From Callorhinchus milii (lineage: Eukaryota), in contig NW_024704742.1 in the NCBI RefSeq assembly GCF_018977255.1, forward strand, positions 113,276,001 through 113,340,000: a DNA stretch of 64,000 bases, read 5' to 3'. The position numbers were made by a program, and so were the translations under genes. The notes under the pieces are model-generated. The model did not search any database. It was given only the letters and a program-made list of their open reading frames with translations, and had not been told where the DNA came from. Below, one piece after another: positions 26,091 through 38,742 of the stretch (position 1 is the stretch's first letter; every line of letters starts with the position of its first letter).

Positions 26091-27764
26091 TACAAAATTG
26101 TTCATTCCTTAAACCAATGCTACAATTACTGAGAAATCTGTAATCTATTTCAAATGTCACGTTTAGCCCTGCACTTATGCACCACTGGAGAGTAAATGAA
26201 CATTGTGGGCAATTTGAGGATTTTAATTTACATTGCATGAATGAAAACTCCATTGAGCACTGATTCCTACATTGATCACGCCATGAATAAAGCAGTCTTT
26301 AAATGTGAGAATAATTTATATGTACACCAGGACGACTTAATGGCTCCATGTTTGACCACAAAAGTGTGATTTTACTGTTAAGTAACTCATTCAAGGAGTG
26401 TATTTGTGCTTAGCCATGAACAAGGCTAGTATTTTTCAATTTATTCAAAGAATGTTATATAAAAGGCATACTTTGAATAAACTGCATTTTATATTATAAA
26501 AACAGTATTCCTTTAGTCTTGAAAATCTAAGGATCAGTTACACTGCAATAGTGTCTCTTTTCAGTTCTCTACTTGAATATTTTGTGTTTTGAATTGATTA
26601 TTGGCATTACTTTCTGTGTGTATCAACTGTTTTTCAGTGACTGTACTTACTGTTCAGTGGGTGTGACTGTCTATAGGTGACCTCACTTCAATGTTGCTAT
26701 AGTACCACCCAGGCATATAGGATACCTGCGAGATGCAGTTAATGAAATGGAAAAGGAAGCATTTTCATCACCCTGCACATTTTTTACCTTTCAAATCTCT
26801 CCTTCCATAAAGCTTGTTGTATACTATCTATGTTAAGTGTGTTGCTTAAAATAAAAATATGGCATAAATAAATCCTAAATCATTAAAACCTGTTCACAAT
26901 TTGAATTCAGAAAGAATGACTTCTACTTGCCATGCATTCATTGATTTTTCCAGTGATCGTATCCTTTTGTTAAACCTGCCTGTGGAATAGTGGTTTACAA
27001 TTACAAAATGACACAGTGCATCTAGCTTACGTTTAATGTAGAAATCTATACCATATGTTAACTTTAATGTTGTAGACAAACACAGCAGCCACTTGTACTA
27101 GCGCGATCCCTCAAACATCCATGAGATGCATGACCAATTAATCTAGAGGATTGCTAGCCAGGACCTAGAGACACAGACACTCTCTTTTTGAATATTGTAC
27201 CACCATGGGTCTCTAGTGTCAGGCTGGAGGGGATCAGAATGCCATTCTATTCACCTCATTCTGCATATAGCACCAGTTGCTGCAATGTACTGTACAATCT
27301 TGAACCAACAATCTTCTGTCTCAAAGGCTACCAAGTGAGCTGTATTAACTAACACACAATTGCTTTGTTCTATTTAGAAGTAAAGAATCCATCAAACCAT
27401 TTGTTTTTTTCTTTTTGTTCAAATTAATAAAAAGAGAAGGTACTCATTTGTATGTATAAAAAGTGTTTCTTTAGGTATAAAGGAATAAATGTCTGCCATC
27501 GTACAGAAATGGAATAAGTCCGAGTAAAATGTGCTGCAATTATAGGCTATTAGCATCAAATTGGTTACTAAGAATATGAAAGACACATCCATTGATTCAC
27601 CTTTCTTTGTGCATACAATAATTGGGAGGCTCTCAGTACATAACACAGGTGCTAATGCAGATCCCAAAGTGCTGGAGTCAAGCCTGCAGATCCTAGGATC
27701 TCTGCTGTAACCACCAGAGCACTCTTGCCTCCTAGTCAAACAAAATGTTGAGAATACAAGCCCT

Positions 27765-28120
27765 AGATTGGGACTTTGAACTTACTAGCATTTCAATACA
27801 GTGCTGGGGTAAGGCTGCTGTCCTTCGGATTAAATGTTAAACTGAGGCCCCATTTGCCTGTTCAGAGATATGGCACTGTCTGAAGAAGGCCCTTTTCGAA
27901 AAAAGGATATTTTGTTGTGGTGTCCTGGTCAACAGTCCTCCAGGATAGAATTGGTCATTCAGTCATGACTGTTTGTGAAACATTGCTGTGCGCACACTGG
28001 CTGCTGTGTTTGCCAACAAAAATACAGTCACTGGACATTATAGTAAATTTCTCTGGAATACTTTGAGGCATCCTCCTGATGGGAAAGGCATTTTATCAGA
28101 TATAAAGATTGCTCTTTTTA
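27765..28120 (+). mobile_element. DeuSINE-like SINE, decayed
   Basis: It contains 'gttaaactgaggccccatttgcctgttcag..gactgtttgtgaaacattgctgtgcgcacactggctgc'. Confidence 0.65.
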
Positions 28121-29074
28121 TGATTCAATTTGGCAGAAGTAATCAAAGACTTGTAAGGATATATTTATACCTCTCCCCCACACACAAAAAAAATGCTAAT
28201 ACTTTTGGAATTAGTGTTTCTACATTCTGCCAGGTTGGAATCTGGCTCCGAATATTGGGATAGTCACTGTGCTATATATGCAGTACATCCTGAGACTTTT
28301 TTACCAGTGAATATTACACTACTTTTAACAGAGTTCAGCTCTGAAGCAATATTTTGATAGCTTTAACATTTAGTTCAGAATTGTCCTTAATTGCAAACAT
28401 TGCGTGGTTATTATCTTTTAAACTCCAACTACGGAATGAATGTAAGGTTCATTGAAGTCTTCTGCAGTATGTTTATTTTAATGAGAGATTTATTTCAAAG
28501 CCTCGAACATTTGAATGTGCTTAAGTCTGTGAATTATATAATTTGCTCTGTTGATGTGCATATGATTCATTGGCATGTCTAATGCATTTAAAATTCTGTA
28601 AAGCTAAATGCTTTTCTGGAATAAGGAATAGTTTCTAATTTTGTAATTATGATCCTTGTTACAAGAGTACAAAGAGTACTTTTGATTCTATTGCTTCCCT
28701 GGAAAACTGTAACTAGGTAGAATTCTCCAATGGTTTAGTTAGTACAGTACATGAAGTGTGAAGTGTTCCACCTCAATGTATGCTGAGTAGAACTAATCAG
28801 CATACTCTACCCGTACGGGGAAATTTTCTTGTCAGAGTTTTACACACATCGTCTTTTTTGATTTTGCCACTAAAGGGATTTGCCATTTTAATCGCACCGT
28901 GCCAAAGGCGCTCTACATAATGCTTCATAATAATAAAAATAATAATTATAATAATATATACTAATTATTATCATAGAATAATAATGGAAATGCATAATTT
29001 CCCAAGTGATGGTTCAGGATTAACAGTCATTTTAGGTTTATGGTCATCGAGTTGAGCAATATTAAAAATAAAAA

Positions 29075-29480
29075 ATTATCCTTGGATTTTAACACATCAG
29101 GATGTTTCAAAGCACCCTCACCTTACAGATTTACGATAAATTGTAGTGACTGTATTTTGGATGCAAACCAGTTTTATGTTTCAAGGATTGTTGACCAGGA
29201 CACTGAAAGAAACTCCCTTCTCTTTTTAAATAGTTGCATGGGATCTTTAACATCCACCTGCCCAGGAAGATGGGATTTTGGTTCAACATCTCATCCACAA
29301 AGGATAGCACCACTAATAATGCAGCACTGCATTGGCGTGTCAGTCCTCCCTATGTGAAAGGCACTGTACAAATGTAACTTGCTGTTGCTGTTGTCAGGCT
29401 AGAGCCCTAGACGATACAAGTTCAAAATCCTGATTGAACTCACATCGATCTCATTCAGAGGCGAAGGTTCTACCAACTGA
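29075..29480 (-). mobile_element. DeuSINE-like SINE with a tail-only L2 (+, ~29343-29393) inserted
   Basis: It is colinear with 51311-51750 and interrupted by 'gtcctccctatgtgaaaggcactgtacaaatgtaac(ttg)n'. Confidence 0.6.
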
Positions 29481-32039
29481 GACCTCTGTATTTTGCATTG
29501 CTGAAAAATGAAACAATTTCACAATTTCAGACATCAGAAAGAGCTTACAAATCAACTAGCTGGACAGTAAAGCTGTTTCCACTCCATCCCAATAACATGC
29601 TTTTGCCACAGCTGCACCAGAAAGATATTTTCATTTCCAACACCAACCACCCCTCTCTGTATAACATTGACAATCGAATGACAAAATAGGGTAATTGGTT
29701 TCTGCTTTCTGCTCTGGTTCACTAAGAACTGGGTTGATTGAGACTGTTCAAAGCCATTGATATAGGGCCCTCGACGGGGGAAATTTTCAGCACACTAGGG
29801 TGAGATTCAAACTGTTGTTAACAAGGTGAAAAGGTTTGTGTTAGCTTACTGTGCTTTCAAGGGCTCATTTACAGTACTTTTTGTATTAGAAATAATTATC
29901 GTAACTAATCACACCCTTTTGACTGGTAGAAAGAGAATTCAGCAGTTAGTTAATTTCATGCCAGAATGTGTCATTTAAAAATTTCAACTATACATCTTCA
30001 CTCGTACAAACATAGAACACTTTGCATTGATTCTGCCAGTCAAGAAATTCATTATTTGTAGTTCATGTAAACATTTTGATGATCCACAGATAGATTCTGC
30101 AGTTAAACACAGGCATGTGTACATTCAAGGATATGAGAGGCTTGCTTCTGGCAGCTAACAGAATGACCTGAAGGGAGTCCTTGTGAACCTTTTTAATGCA
30201 CCATGAACATATTTCTACTTCAAAGGGTAGCTGATGTGCATGTAAACACTGATTTTGTAATGCTGAGCTTTTCTGAAATGAATAGCTCTGTATGCAGAGA
30301 CAAAACACGGTTTCATTCTGTAATTTATGGATGAAATTCAATCACGAAGTTTTAAGTATATGAGAAGCATTTTGCTCCACCCAACAAAACTATTCTTGGA
30401 GTTTAGGAAAGCACAGTATTGATAACCCGATATCACAGCCAAAATAAACATGCAAACAGCACAGCAAATCTTTACTTAAAATAGAGGTATAGACCAGCGA
30501 CTGAGACCTGGAATTCTTCCCACTCGGTTCCTGCTAACCCTGTAAGCCAAAACCCTAACGGGTAGGGTGATCTTAGTTAGACAATTGTTTGCAATGATAA
30601 GTGGTTTTAGCTGGTTAAATCCAGCAGTACCCCAATGCACTCTGGAGTGCCCAAGCCTTGGCTCTCATCAACCTATGCCTAAAGTCCTTAGGACCTTAGG
30701 ATTAGATAAACAGGAAGAGAATGTGTACTCCATACTGAAATTCGTACACAGTTCAAAAGTAGAACTTTCAGTAATTTAGTTTGGATATGCCCAAGCATGG
30801 TGACAGGTTTTTGCATGTGTCAAAAATCAGACTGACAAAAAAAATCTTTGTAACTAGTTTAGTGCATGGCTGCAAAGATGTTGAGAGGGAATCCATACCA
30901 AAAAAATGGATTATTCAGGGATAAATAATTCTAAAAGCTAGATCTGTTAACATCCAATTTTGGGGGAGTAAAATAATGACATTCTATGTGATTACCCAGT
31001 TTCCTTCAATAGATTTCCTCACAAAGATTGGATAATGTTGTTCCTATGTTGAATCTGTTTAGATTTTGTGTAGAAAATAGCTTATCACAATTAAGGTATC
31101 TTGGCACCAATATCACAAACTGGCTTATCAGGCTTTGTGCTTTGGCACCGGTCTACTGCATACTTACACTGCAATCTGATCTATGTAAACTCACACATGG
31201 TAACTGTTTGCTACTAAAATAATTTCCTCAAACAAATCAGTGTTGATTATCTGAGAATATTGAATTGAGAGCTTGAGGACTTTAGTGATTGTATATAATG
31301 TTCCTCAGATTTTTACTTAAATGTTCTCAGTCTCGTAAATTCGATTTCAATGCTGTTTTGCCGTATATTTATAATATGTACCAATATGTAAAATCCTATG
31401 CATACACCTCCTCCCTCGGTTACCTTTGCTGTTATCCCAAAGTTATCCTGGGTTACAAGTCACTTCTCTGTATCTATAAGCCATAAAAAAATGTGCTTGA
31501 AGATGCAATTTGTTAGTCAGATCTTAAATGGGAAATTAATTTAGAAAATTTAGGGTATGATTTTATGGAGAGGCGGCTCATCATTTTAAAGTTTTGTGAC
31601 TTTTTAAAGAAAACAGACTTTTTTGTTTGAAAAGAGCACTGTTTTTGACAAGCATAGGTCAGTTTGTTTAATAGGTGGCGTCACTCTGAAAAGGTGTTGT
31701 GGAGAAGTGAATCACTGAGCTTTCAAGCTACTTGACATGTAAATGAAAATTGTGCTGTTTTAAATTATGATTCAAATAAATACGAGCCCTTTAGAACGTT
31801 CTTTTTGATATTAAGCTATTGATTAGGTGCACAGCTCTTAAGAATGCTCCAGCTTCTCTTGAAAATGTACTTATTGTTAAGTTCTGTTAGATGAAAAAAG
31901 AATCACTTTTTGGCAGAATTGTACATTGACAAAACATCTGGTTTCCAGAGTCAAAATGGGTTGTATATAAAAGTACAAATGCATTAAAGGTCTTGTGTCT
32001 GATTACTAAGTTTTTTTAGTTTAGTACATAGTGTGTGTC

Positions 32040-32460
32040 AGCCTGGTTCAGTTGATTAGAACTCTCAACTCTGAGTCAGATGGTCATGGGTTCAAGCCCC
32101 ATGTTGGGACTTTGAACTCACAGCGTAGGCTAATAGTGGGGAGTGCTGCATTAATAGAGGTGCCATCTCATATGGGATGTTAAACTAAAACCTGTCTGCT
32201 TGTTCAGGTAGACATTAAGGGCCCAAATCACTATTTGAAAAGTGAAGGAAGTTTATCCCAGTTTTCTAGCCAATAATCGCACAAATAAAATTGGTCACTC
32301 ACTTCCTGGCTGTTTGTGGGACATTGCTGTATGCAAAATTTGCTGCTGCTTTCACCTACAAATACACAATCAATGTACTTCACAGTAAAATCCTATGAAT
32401 CATTTTGAGACACTTTGATGACATTTTATGCCGTTATATCATTTGCACAAGTTATTATCA
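32040..32460 (+). mobile_element. DeuSINE-like SINE, near full length
   Basis: The head 'ctctgagtcagatggtcatgggttcaagcccc' and core 'ggctgtttgtgggacattgctgtatgcaaa' are both present. Confidence 0.78.
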
Positions 32461-33147
32461 AATACATGTTGTACCATTTGAATCTATTTAAAACTTTGAA
32501 GACTCAAAACAGGATTTGACAGTATTCTACATATTTAACCAGATTTGCTCTTGTCTCCCAAGTCGCTCAGCAGCAAATTAAAGAGAATAATAATTTCACC
32601 AAAGAGCCTGGCTTTATTCTGACATTCTGTCAACAAACATGTCACCTTGGAACCAGACTACCCCGTTTACCTCCCCCCCCCCCCCATCACCGAGAACATC
32701 CAACAAGTGCGAGTTTGAACCCTCATTAGGTGGATGGTAGGTACCAGGAGCTCCCTGAAACAACACAGCTCAGCATGAAATTCGTGAGAGGACTGCCACT
32801 ATCTTCCTGTCTGCAGCTCAGAAATGCTTCCCTTCCTCTTGTGCCAGTGACTTTGAAAAATCGATTTAAATATCAGTGGGGTGAAATTTCACTGGTCCTA
32901 TAATGGGATTTCTTTATAGATTATTGTAGATTTTCACTTTCAATATCAGTAACTACCAAACAGGGTAATTTTTCGCACTAAGAACTTAACAAAACCACTT
33001 TGTTGAGCAAAAGATTTTATTTGGAGATGATAAAATAAGATGACTGTTTATTGATATGGTTGGTCCATTTATTTCTCTTTAGAAACCTGATGGAACTGTC
33101 TCTGTATATTAACACTGAAAGAGTTTTATATTTCTTCCATTTTTCAG

Positions 33148-33303
33148 ATTGATCTTCTTGTTCCAACTAAAGTGACCGGCATCATCACCCAGGGCGCAAA
33201 AGACTTTGGTCACATTCAGTTTGTAGGATCGTACAAGGTAGCTTACAGCACTGATGGAAAAAGGTGGGCTATTTATAAAGATGGGAAGCAAAAGAAAGAT
33301 AAG
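33148..33303 (+). CDS. EDIL3: EDIL3 penultimate coding exon (discoidin domain 2, middle part), 156 bp, phase 0-0
   Basis: A polypyrimidine tract precedes cag|ATT and the donor is AAG|gtgagt. It translates as [52 protein letters not shown]. Confidence 0.97.
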
Positions 33304-33764
33304 GTGAGTATCAACGCAATACAGATTTACTCTCCTTTAAGATGTATTCTGACATGCTTCTTGACAATTTTTTTGGTCCATTTCTTATCCTCCACACCAT
33401 GAGAGTAAATTAGATCAACAGATCAAGAATCACTGAGGTCTTTTGTCTCTTGATAAAGCCGAGCAATATAAAGCACTATATAAAGGATGGTTACTGAGCT
33501 GTGAGTTGCAATTTGCTGCCTGGGCAGTGAAGGACTTGGTTAACGTAGATAATACCAGGGTCGGGAAATTCTACCTGTTCTTATGGGCCTTTTTCAGACT
33601 GAAACCGGTGACTGTCCTCTAGGGCAGGGGGAAGAAGGGAAAGAAGTAAGTGGTGTTTCTTTGGAGCTGAGCTGCCTGTAACTTGACGTGCTTGGCAATA
33701 AAATATCTGAATCAAAGCTTGTTAGATAGTGCTCTCAAAAATATGCTATAACGTACTAAGCAAT

Positions 33765-34005
33765 TAAATCCCAGCAATATCCCAACTTCACCCTCCTGGG
33801 TTCCCAAGCCTGGGCTCTTACTAACCTGCACCTAATACTCTCCAGAACTAGATAAGCAGGGTACGTCTTTCCAGCAAGAGTGCGTTCATTTCTTTCAAGA
33901 CATGGGGAAATTTCCATGTGTGGATGGCATACGTATATGAAACGCGCAGTCTGGTTTGGATATTATCGGTGCATGGTGATAGGTGTGAACATGTGTTGGA
34001 CAATT
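33765..34005 (+). repeat. Unclassified old interspersed repeat copy (also 30605-30740 + and 7600-7695 -)
   Basis: It contains 'ttaaatcccagca..cccaagcct.ggctct..aacctgcacctaatact..ggaaatttccatgtgt..cagtctggtttg'. Confidence 0.65.
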
Positions 34006-34129
34006 GACTATCGAAAAAATACAGGAACCGTGGTTCCAGTGGAAATCAGACTGAGGTCCTGTCTACAAGTGGTAGTAAGTTCACAACAGTCTGATGATGT
34101 GCACAGATAACTTCACTGCAAAGTCTACA

Positions 34130-35790
34130 TGCACATCATCACTGGTCCACCCTCGCCTCCACTAAATCGTCCTTCTTTTCCAAGGTAATCTTGGAGGCCA
34201 AAGGCAACTCCAGACTTCTCTTCTCCATGACCTGGCTCCTCGGTCCACTCTTTCATGCCTCACCCATCCTCTCCTCCAACTCCAACTGCAAGGAGATGCT
34301 GGATTTCTTCGAGACCAAAATCAGGGGGATCCGTTCAGCCATTTCCACCCTCCCAACCGCCAACCCCTTCCCATTTCTCCCTCACACTCTGGCCCCTACT
34401 CATCCCTCCCTCCACACCTTCAAACCTATCTCCCCTCCTCTCTTACCACCACTGTAACCCACATGAAGCCCACCACCTGCTCCTTAAACCCCCCAAAAAA
34501 CCTTAACCCCCCTTCTTGCCTCCTAGCTCCACCTCCTCGCCCCTTTACTCTCAGACCTCGTCAACCTCTGCCTGTCAACTGGCACCATTCCCACCCCCTA
34601 AAAACACCTGTCATCACCCTTATCCTAAAAAAATCTTCCCTGCCCCATCCTTGCTCACTAACTACCGTGCATCTCCAACCTCCCTTTCCTTTCCAAGATC
34701 CTTGAAAGAGTTGTTTCCGAGCTTCACTCCTTCCTCTCCTGCCATTCTCTTTACGACCCTTCCAGTCAGGTTTCTGTGCTGCCCACAGCACAGAAACAGC
34801 CCTGGTTAAGGTGACAAATTACATTCTGTCTATCTGTGACCAGGGCTCCCTCTGTCTCCTCGTCCTCTTCGACCTCTCTGCTGCCTTTGACACTGTGGAC
34901 CACTCTATCCTCCTCCACCACATTTTCTCTCACCTGAACCTTCAAGGTTCTGTCTTTGAATGGTTCAGATCCTATCTCTCACACCAGCTCCACTTTGTTT
35001 CCACATATGGCTTCTCCTCTAACCCCTGCACCGTCTCGTGTGGTGTTCCTCATGGCTCGGTCCTCTCCTCTTCAACCTGTACATGCTCCCTCTTGGTAAC
35101 AACATCCGCAGACATGGGGTCAACTTCCGCATGTACGCCGATGACACCCAACTCTATCTCTCTGCCTCCACTCTCAACCCCAAGACCACTGATGTCCTGA
35201 CAAAATGTCTATCAGACATCAAATCTTGGATGAGAGGCAAATTTCTACCGTTGAACATCAGGAAGATCGAGGTTCTCCTGATTGGCCGCGCTGCGCCTCC
35301 GCACCTCAGGCACTGACAGCAGCAGCATCCACGGATGCACACTCGACCTCAGCAGGCCTGTCAGGGACCTAGGAGTCTTGTTCGGCCCTCAACTGTCCTT
35401 TCTCCCCCACTCTGCCTTCCCCCACCTCCGGAACATTGCCCAACTCCGCTACTGCCTCACCCCTCCGGCCGCCAAAACCCTCAAACATGCCTTCATTACA
35501 ACCAGGCTCGACTACCGATACCCTGCTTGTCGGCTTTCCCAACTCTTCCCTCCACAAGCTGCAGATCATCCAGAACTCTGCAGCTCGTAACCTCTCCCTC
35601 ACCAGGCTCTGTGACCCCATCACACCCTCGCCCAACTCCATTGGCTCTCCATCCCTCAGAGGTTCGAGTTCAGAATTCTCATCTTCACCTTCAAGGCCTT
35701 CCATGGCCTTGCCACTCCTACCTCTCCGACCTGTAAACCCCTTATCAACCCGTCCGCTCCACCGCTCAGCAGGCTCCGGCCTGCTCCAGT
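34130..35790 (+). mobile_element. L2-clade LINE ORF2 remnant (RT domain), frameshifted, truncated at both ends
   Basis: Fragments read 'LLVLFDLSAAFDTVDHSILL', 'GVPHGSVL', 'GPLLFNLYMLPLG.IRRHGVNFRMYADDTQLY' (YADD at 35134-35145) and 'HAFITTRLDY'. Confidence 0.95.
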
Positions 35791-36999
35791 TACTGAGCTT
35801 CAAAGGCACCAATCCTTCTAAAGACACCCCTTGATTTTGGAGATAATGTTGAATGGTAAATTGTAAGTCAGGTTTCATCTCCTTTGCAAACACCATAAAA
35901 TTGCTCAGATTGTGTAGTTTGTCTAACAAGCCCCTTGACCTTATCATTTTCTCAGAATAAACAGAGGTTAATTCAATTGACTGCACTTGTGGCTGTGAAA
36001 TTATATTTGTGTTCTTTTTCCTGAAAGTTTCATTACTCTACATAGGTCACATTAACATAAAAACATAAGGCTTTTTTTGTGCCTTCAGTTTAGTCACAGG
36101 CCATAATACAATGACAGCAGCTGTATACTGTAGTAATGTGACATACAAGGTTTTGAAGCAGCATGACAGACAAAAACCATGCAAACCCTAAATAATTGCA
36201 AAGCTGATTGAGATAAATACAGTGCTACCTTGTTATGCTGTAGTATACTGCGGTTTCGGCTACAACGCAGGTACATTGGCGATTTGCAATGTACAGACTG
36301 TTTCTGCTTCAATCAACTCACATCTGTGTTCTCTGGCCAGCTTGCTGCATACTGTGTGCAGGCACAGAGAGCCTCTCAGAGGCACAACCAACAGAAATGC
36401 TCACAAGAGCATTCGCCACTGACTGTCCGGCTCTCGGTGCACAGCACAGCAAGCCTCAGTTATGTCAGCAGTGATCTGTTGACCCTGGATACCCTGCCTG
36501 GCACCCGCATTGTGACACAATCCATAAAAAGGCACGATCTCATTTTATTTTATATCACCCGTCCCAACCATCATGTTACAGAGGAGGTGGATGGGAGGAA
36601 GGTCGTACTGTAAGTGATAAAATAAATGGATACCTTGCTGTGAATAAAATAACACTAAATAAAATAAACTGCTAGAGGGATCACCAGCATCTGACTTTGT
36701 TTTGTACAATTTTGGCTTCTGTGACATGAACAGTGCAGTGAGGCAATATTTACTTTCCAGCATTTTTTTTCATAAACAATATTCATTGCAAAATTATATT
36801 GTCATGGAAACTATCTAGTTTACTGAGGCTCGGAACAGCAGTGTAATTGAGCAGAATTAAAAAGGATTGGACCTTTTGAAGAAAAGATTTGGGTTTTGAC
36901 CCGGCCCATTTAGACTGGAGTATTTGGGTATTGTTTTTCCTCATCTAGGTGAGAAATGTCAGTACTGAGTATGAAGCACTTCACTCTGTCTGGCATTGA

Positions 37000-37135
37000 G
37001 GGCATAGATTGAAGGTAATTACCAACAGAGCCAAGGGAGAGTTTAGGAGATGTTTTTGTACACAGGGAATTGTTCTGATGTGGAATGCCCTACCTCAGAC
37101 CATAATTTAGACCTAATCCATATTCACTTTTAAAA
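37000..37135 (+). mobile_element. CR1 ORF2 C-terminal fragment
   Basis: 'gggcatagattgaaggtaatt..tttttgtacacagggaattgtt..tggaatgccctacc' resembles the CR1 GH..K..FF.QR...WN.LP coding end. Confidence 0.55.
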
Positions 37136-37696
37136 TAAATGAATTATTTATATTAAGATTAATTAATTATCATAAGAGGGAAAGTGTAGGAGGAGAAGGC
37201 CATTGAGGCCTGTTCTACCAATTTATCGGATTTTGACAGATCTTCTAATCCCAATGCCCAGCCCTTTCTCCATACCTTAATATCTCTATTGTTCAAGTAT
37301 CTGTGTATTTCTCTATTAAACGTGTATCAAAACAAGTAGTTTCTATGTGTTAGATTCTTATAAATAAGTAGCGTCAGTCAGTTCTAACATCTCCATTATT
37401 ATGCCTCCCAAGAAGTTAGGTTGTCAACACATTTTATAATAATAATCCTTGCATTTGAAATAGCGCCTTATTGCATCATTGAGACATCTCAAAAACCTTC
37501 ACAGAATATATTGTTAAGTGAACTGACTGTATATTTTGTGGGTGAAATGCATACAAATTTTATTTTACTTTATTTTACTGTACAAAATGATGAAGGTGAC
37601 AAGGCAGTGAGGTGTCAGTTTCTGGACTAATGCATATCTAAGAAAAAGTGTTTCTTCACTATATTGATAACATGTGCTTTTGTTTTCAATTGACAG

Positions 37697-37843
37697 GTTT
37701 TCCAAGGTAACTTTGACAATGATACGCACAGGAAAAACTTAATCGATCCTCCTATATATGCGCAGTATATTCGGATCTTGCCTTGGTCATGGTACGGGCG
37801 AATTACTTTGCGGACGGAGTTGCTGGGATGCACAGAAGAATGA
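37697..37843 (+). CDS. EDIL3: EDIL3 last coding exon, to the stop codon
   Basis: The acceptor is cag|GTT. It translates as [48 protein letters not shown], with TGA at 37841-37843 and a second in-frame TGA right after. The '[17 protein letters not shown]' motif fits EDIL3 better than its paralog MFGE8, as I recall them. Confidence 0.96.
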   Translation, partial: VFQGNFDNDTHRKNLIDPPIYAQYIRILPWSWYGRITLRTELLGCTEE

Positions 37844-38736
37844 TGAACGTTGGCCAGTGTCAACAGAATTACTATTGGCCCTAGAAATATCTCAAAAACT
37901 GCACAAACCTGTAAGATATTAAAGGGTGTTGATGAAGAAGTGTTCAGTTTGTGATAGGCAGAGGGTGAAGTTAGGAGGTCTAGGCCAGCCCTTTATCAGA
38001 CATTGATATTGTGTTTCTCTTCTTTAGAAATTTATTCTCCTGGGTTTTTTTGCACCTTGATTTGTGTATTTTGAAATGAATGAACATAGTTGCACACTTT
38101 ATTTTGGTTCCGCCACCCCCACCTTCCAAGTTGAATTAATATGAATAGGATTAATATCACTTATTATTGCAGGAGTATCATATTTAATTTATTTTCAACT
38201 TTTAAGAAAAAAAGCTTTATTTTTTTCTGGATGACTTTGAAGACAGTCCAACAGTCCAGTGTTTATTTCTGGTTGCCATTAGAGTCAAGTGTACCAAATG
38301 TTATAATGATCGAGCACTGATAGCGGTGTTTTCAGTCTACATACTGTGCATGTTTCACAGTATTCGAAGAAAGGCTGAAAATCCTTTCCAGGTGACATTT
38401 TTACCACATGCATGAAATTATGCTAGCAAAACCTCCAACTTACAGACTTGGTTATAAATATATATTGGATAAGTGCTTAAAGTGCTCATGGCAAAAACAG
38501 TTAAGACATATTAGATTACAGTATTGCATCAAAAAGGTAAATTAATCTGTGATCCCTAAACAGGACAATAAAATCTACAGGTTGGGATATTTGAACCTGA
38601 TTTTCCTTTTGAATTCCACTCGAGGATTCCAAAGTTTAACATTATGAGACATCTTTGCAATTCAAAACTGAAATCACTGCTATGACATGTTTTCCAAAAA
38701 GAACAAACACTGCCCTGGGAAGAAGTAAAGCAAAAA

Positions 38737-38742
38737 AATAAA
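38737..38742 (+). terminator. Candidate EDIL3 polyadenylation signal AATAAA (others at 38567-38572, 42022-42027, 43314-43319)
   Basis: The hexamer lies about 0.9 kb after the stop and is followed by GT/T-rich sequence. The true 3' end cannot be fixed from DNA alone. Confidence 0.3.

Noticed and set aside
35369..35986. 205-aa minus-strand ORF and other Pro/Ser- or Gly/Glu-rich ORFs over L2 copies
   Set aside because: They are antisense or off-frame readings of C-rich L2 sequence with no independent protein signature.
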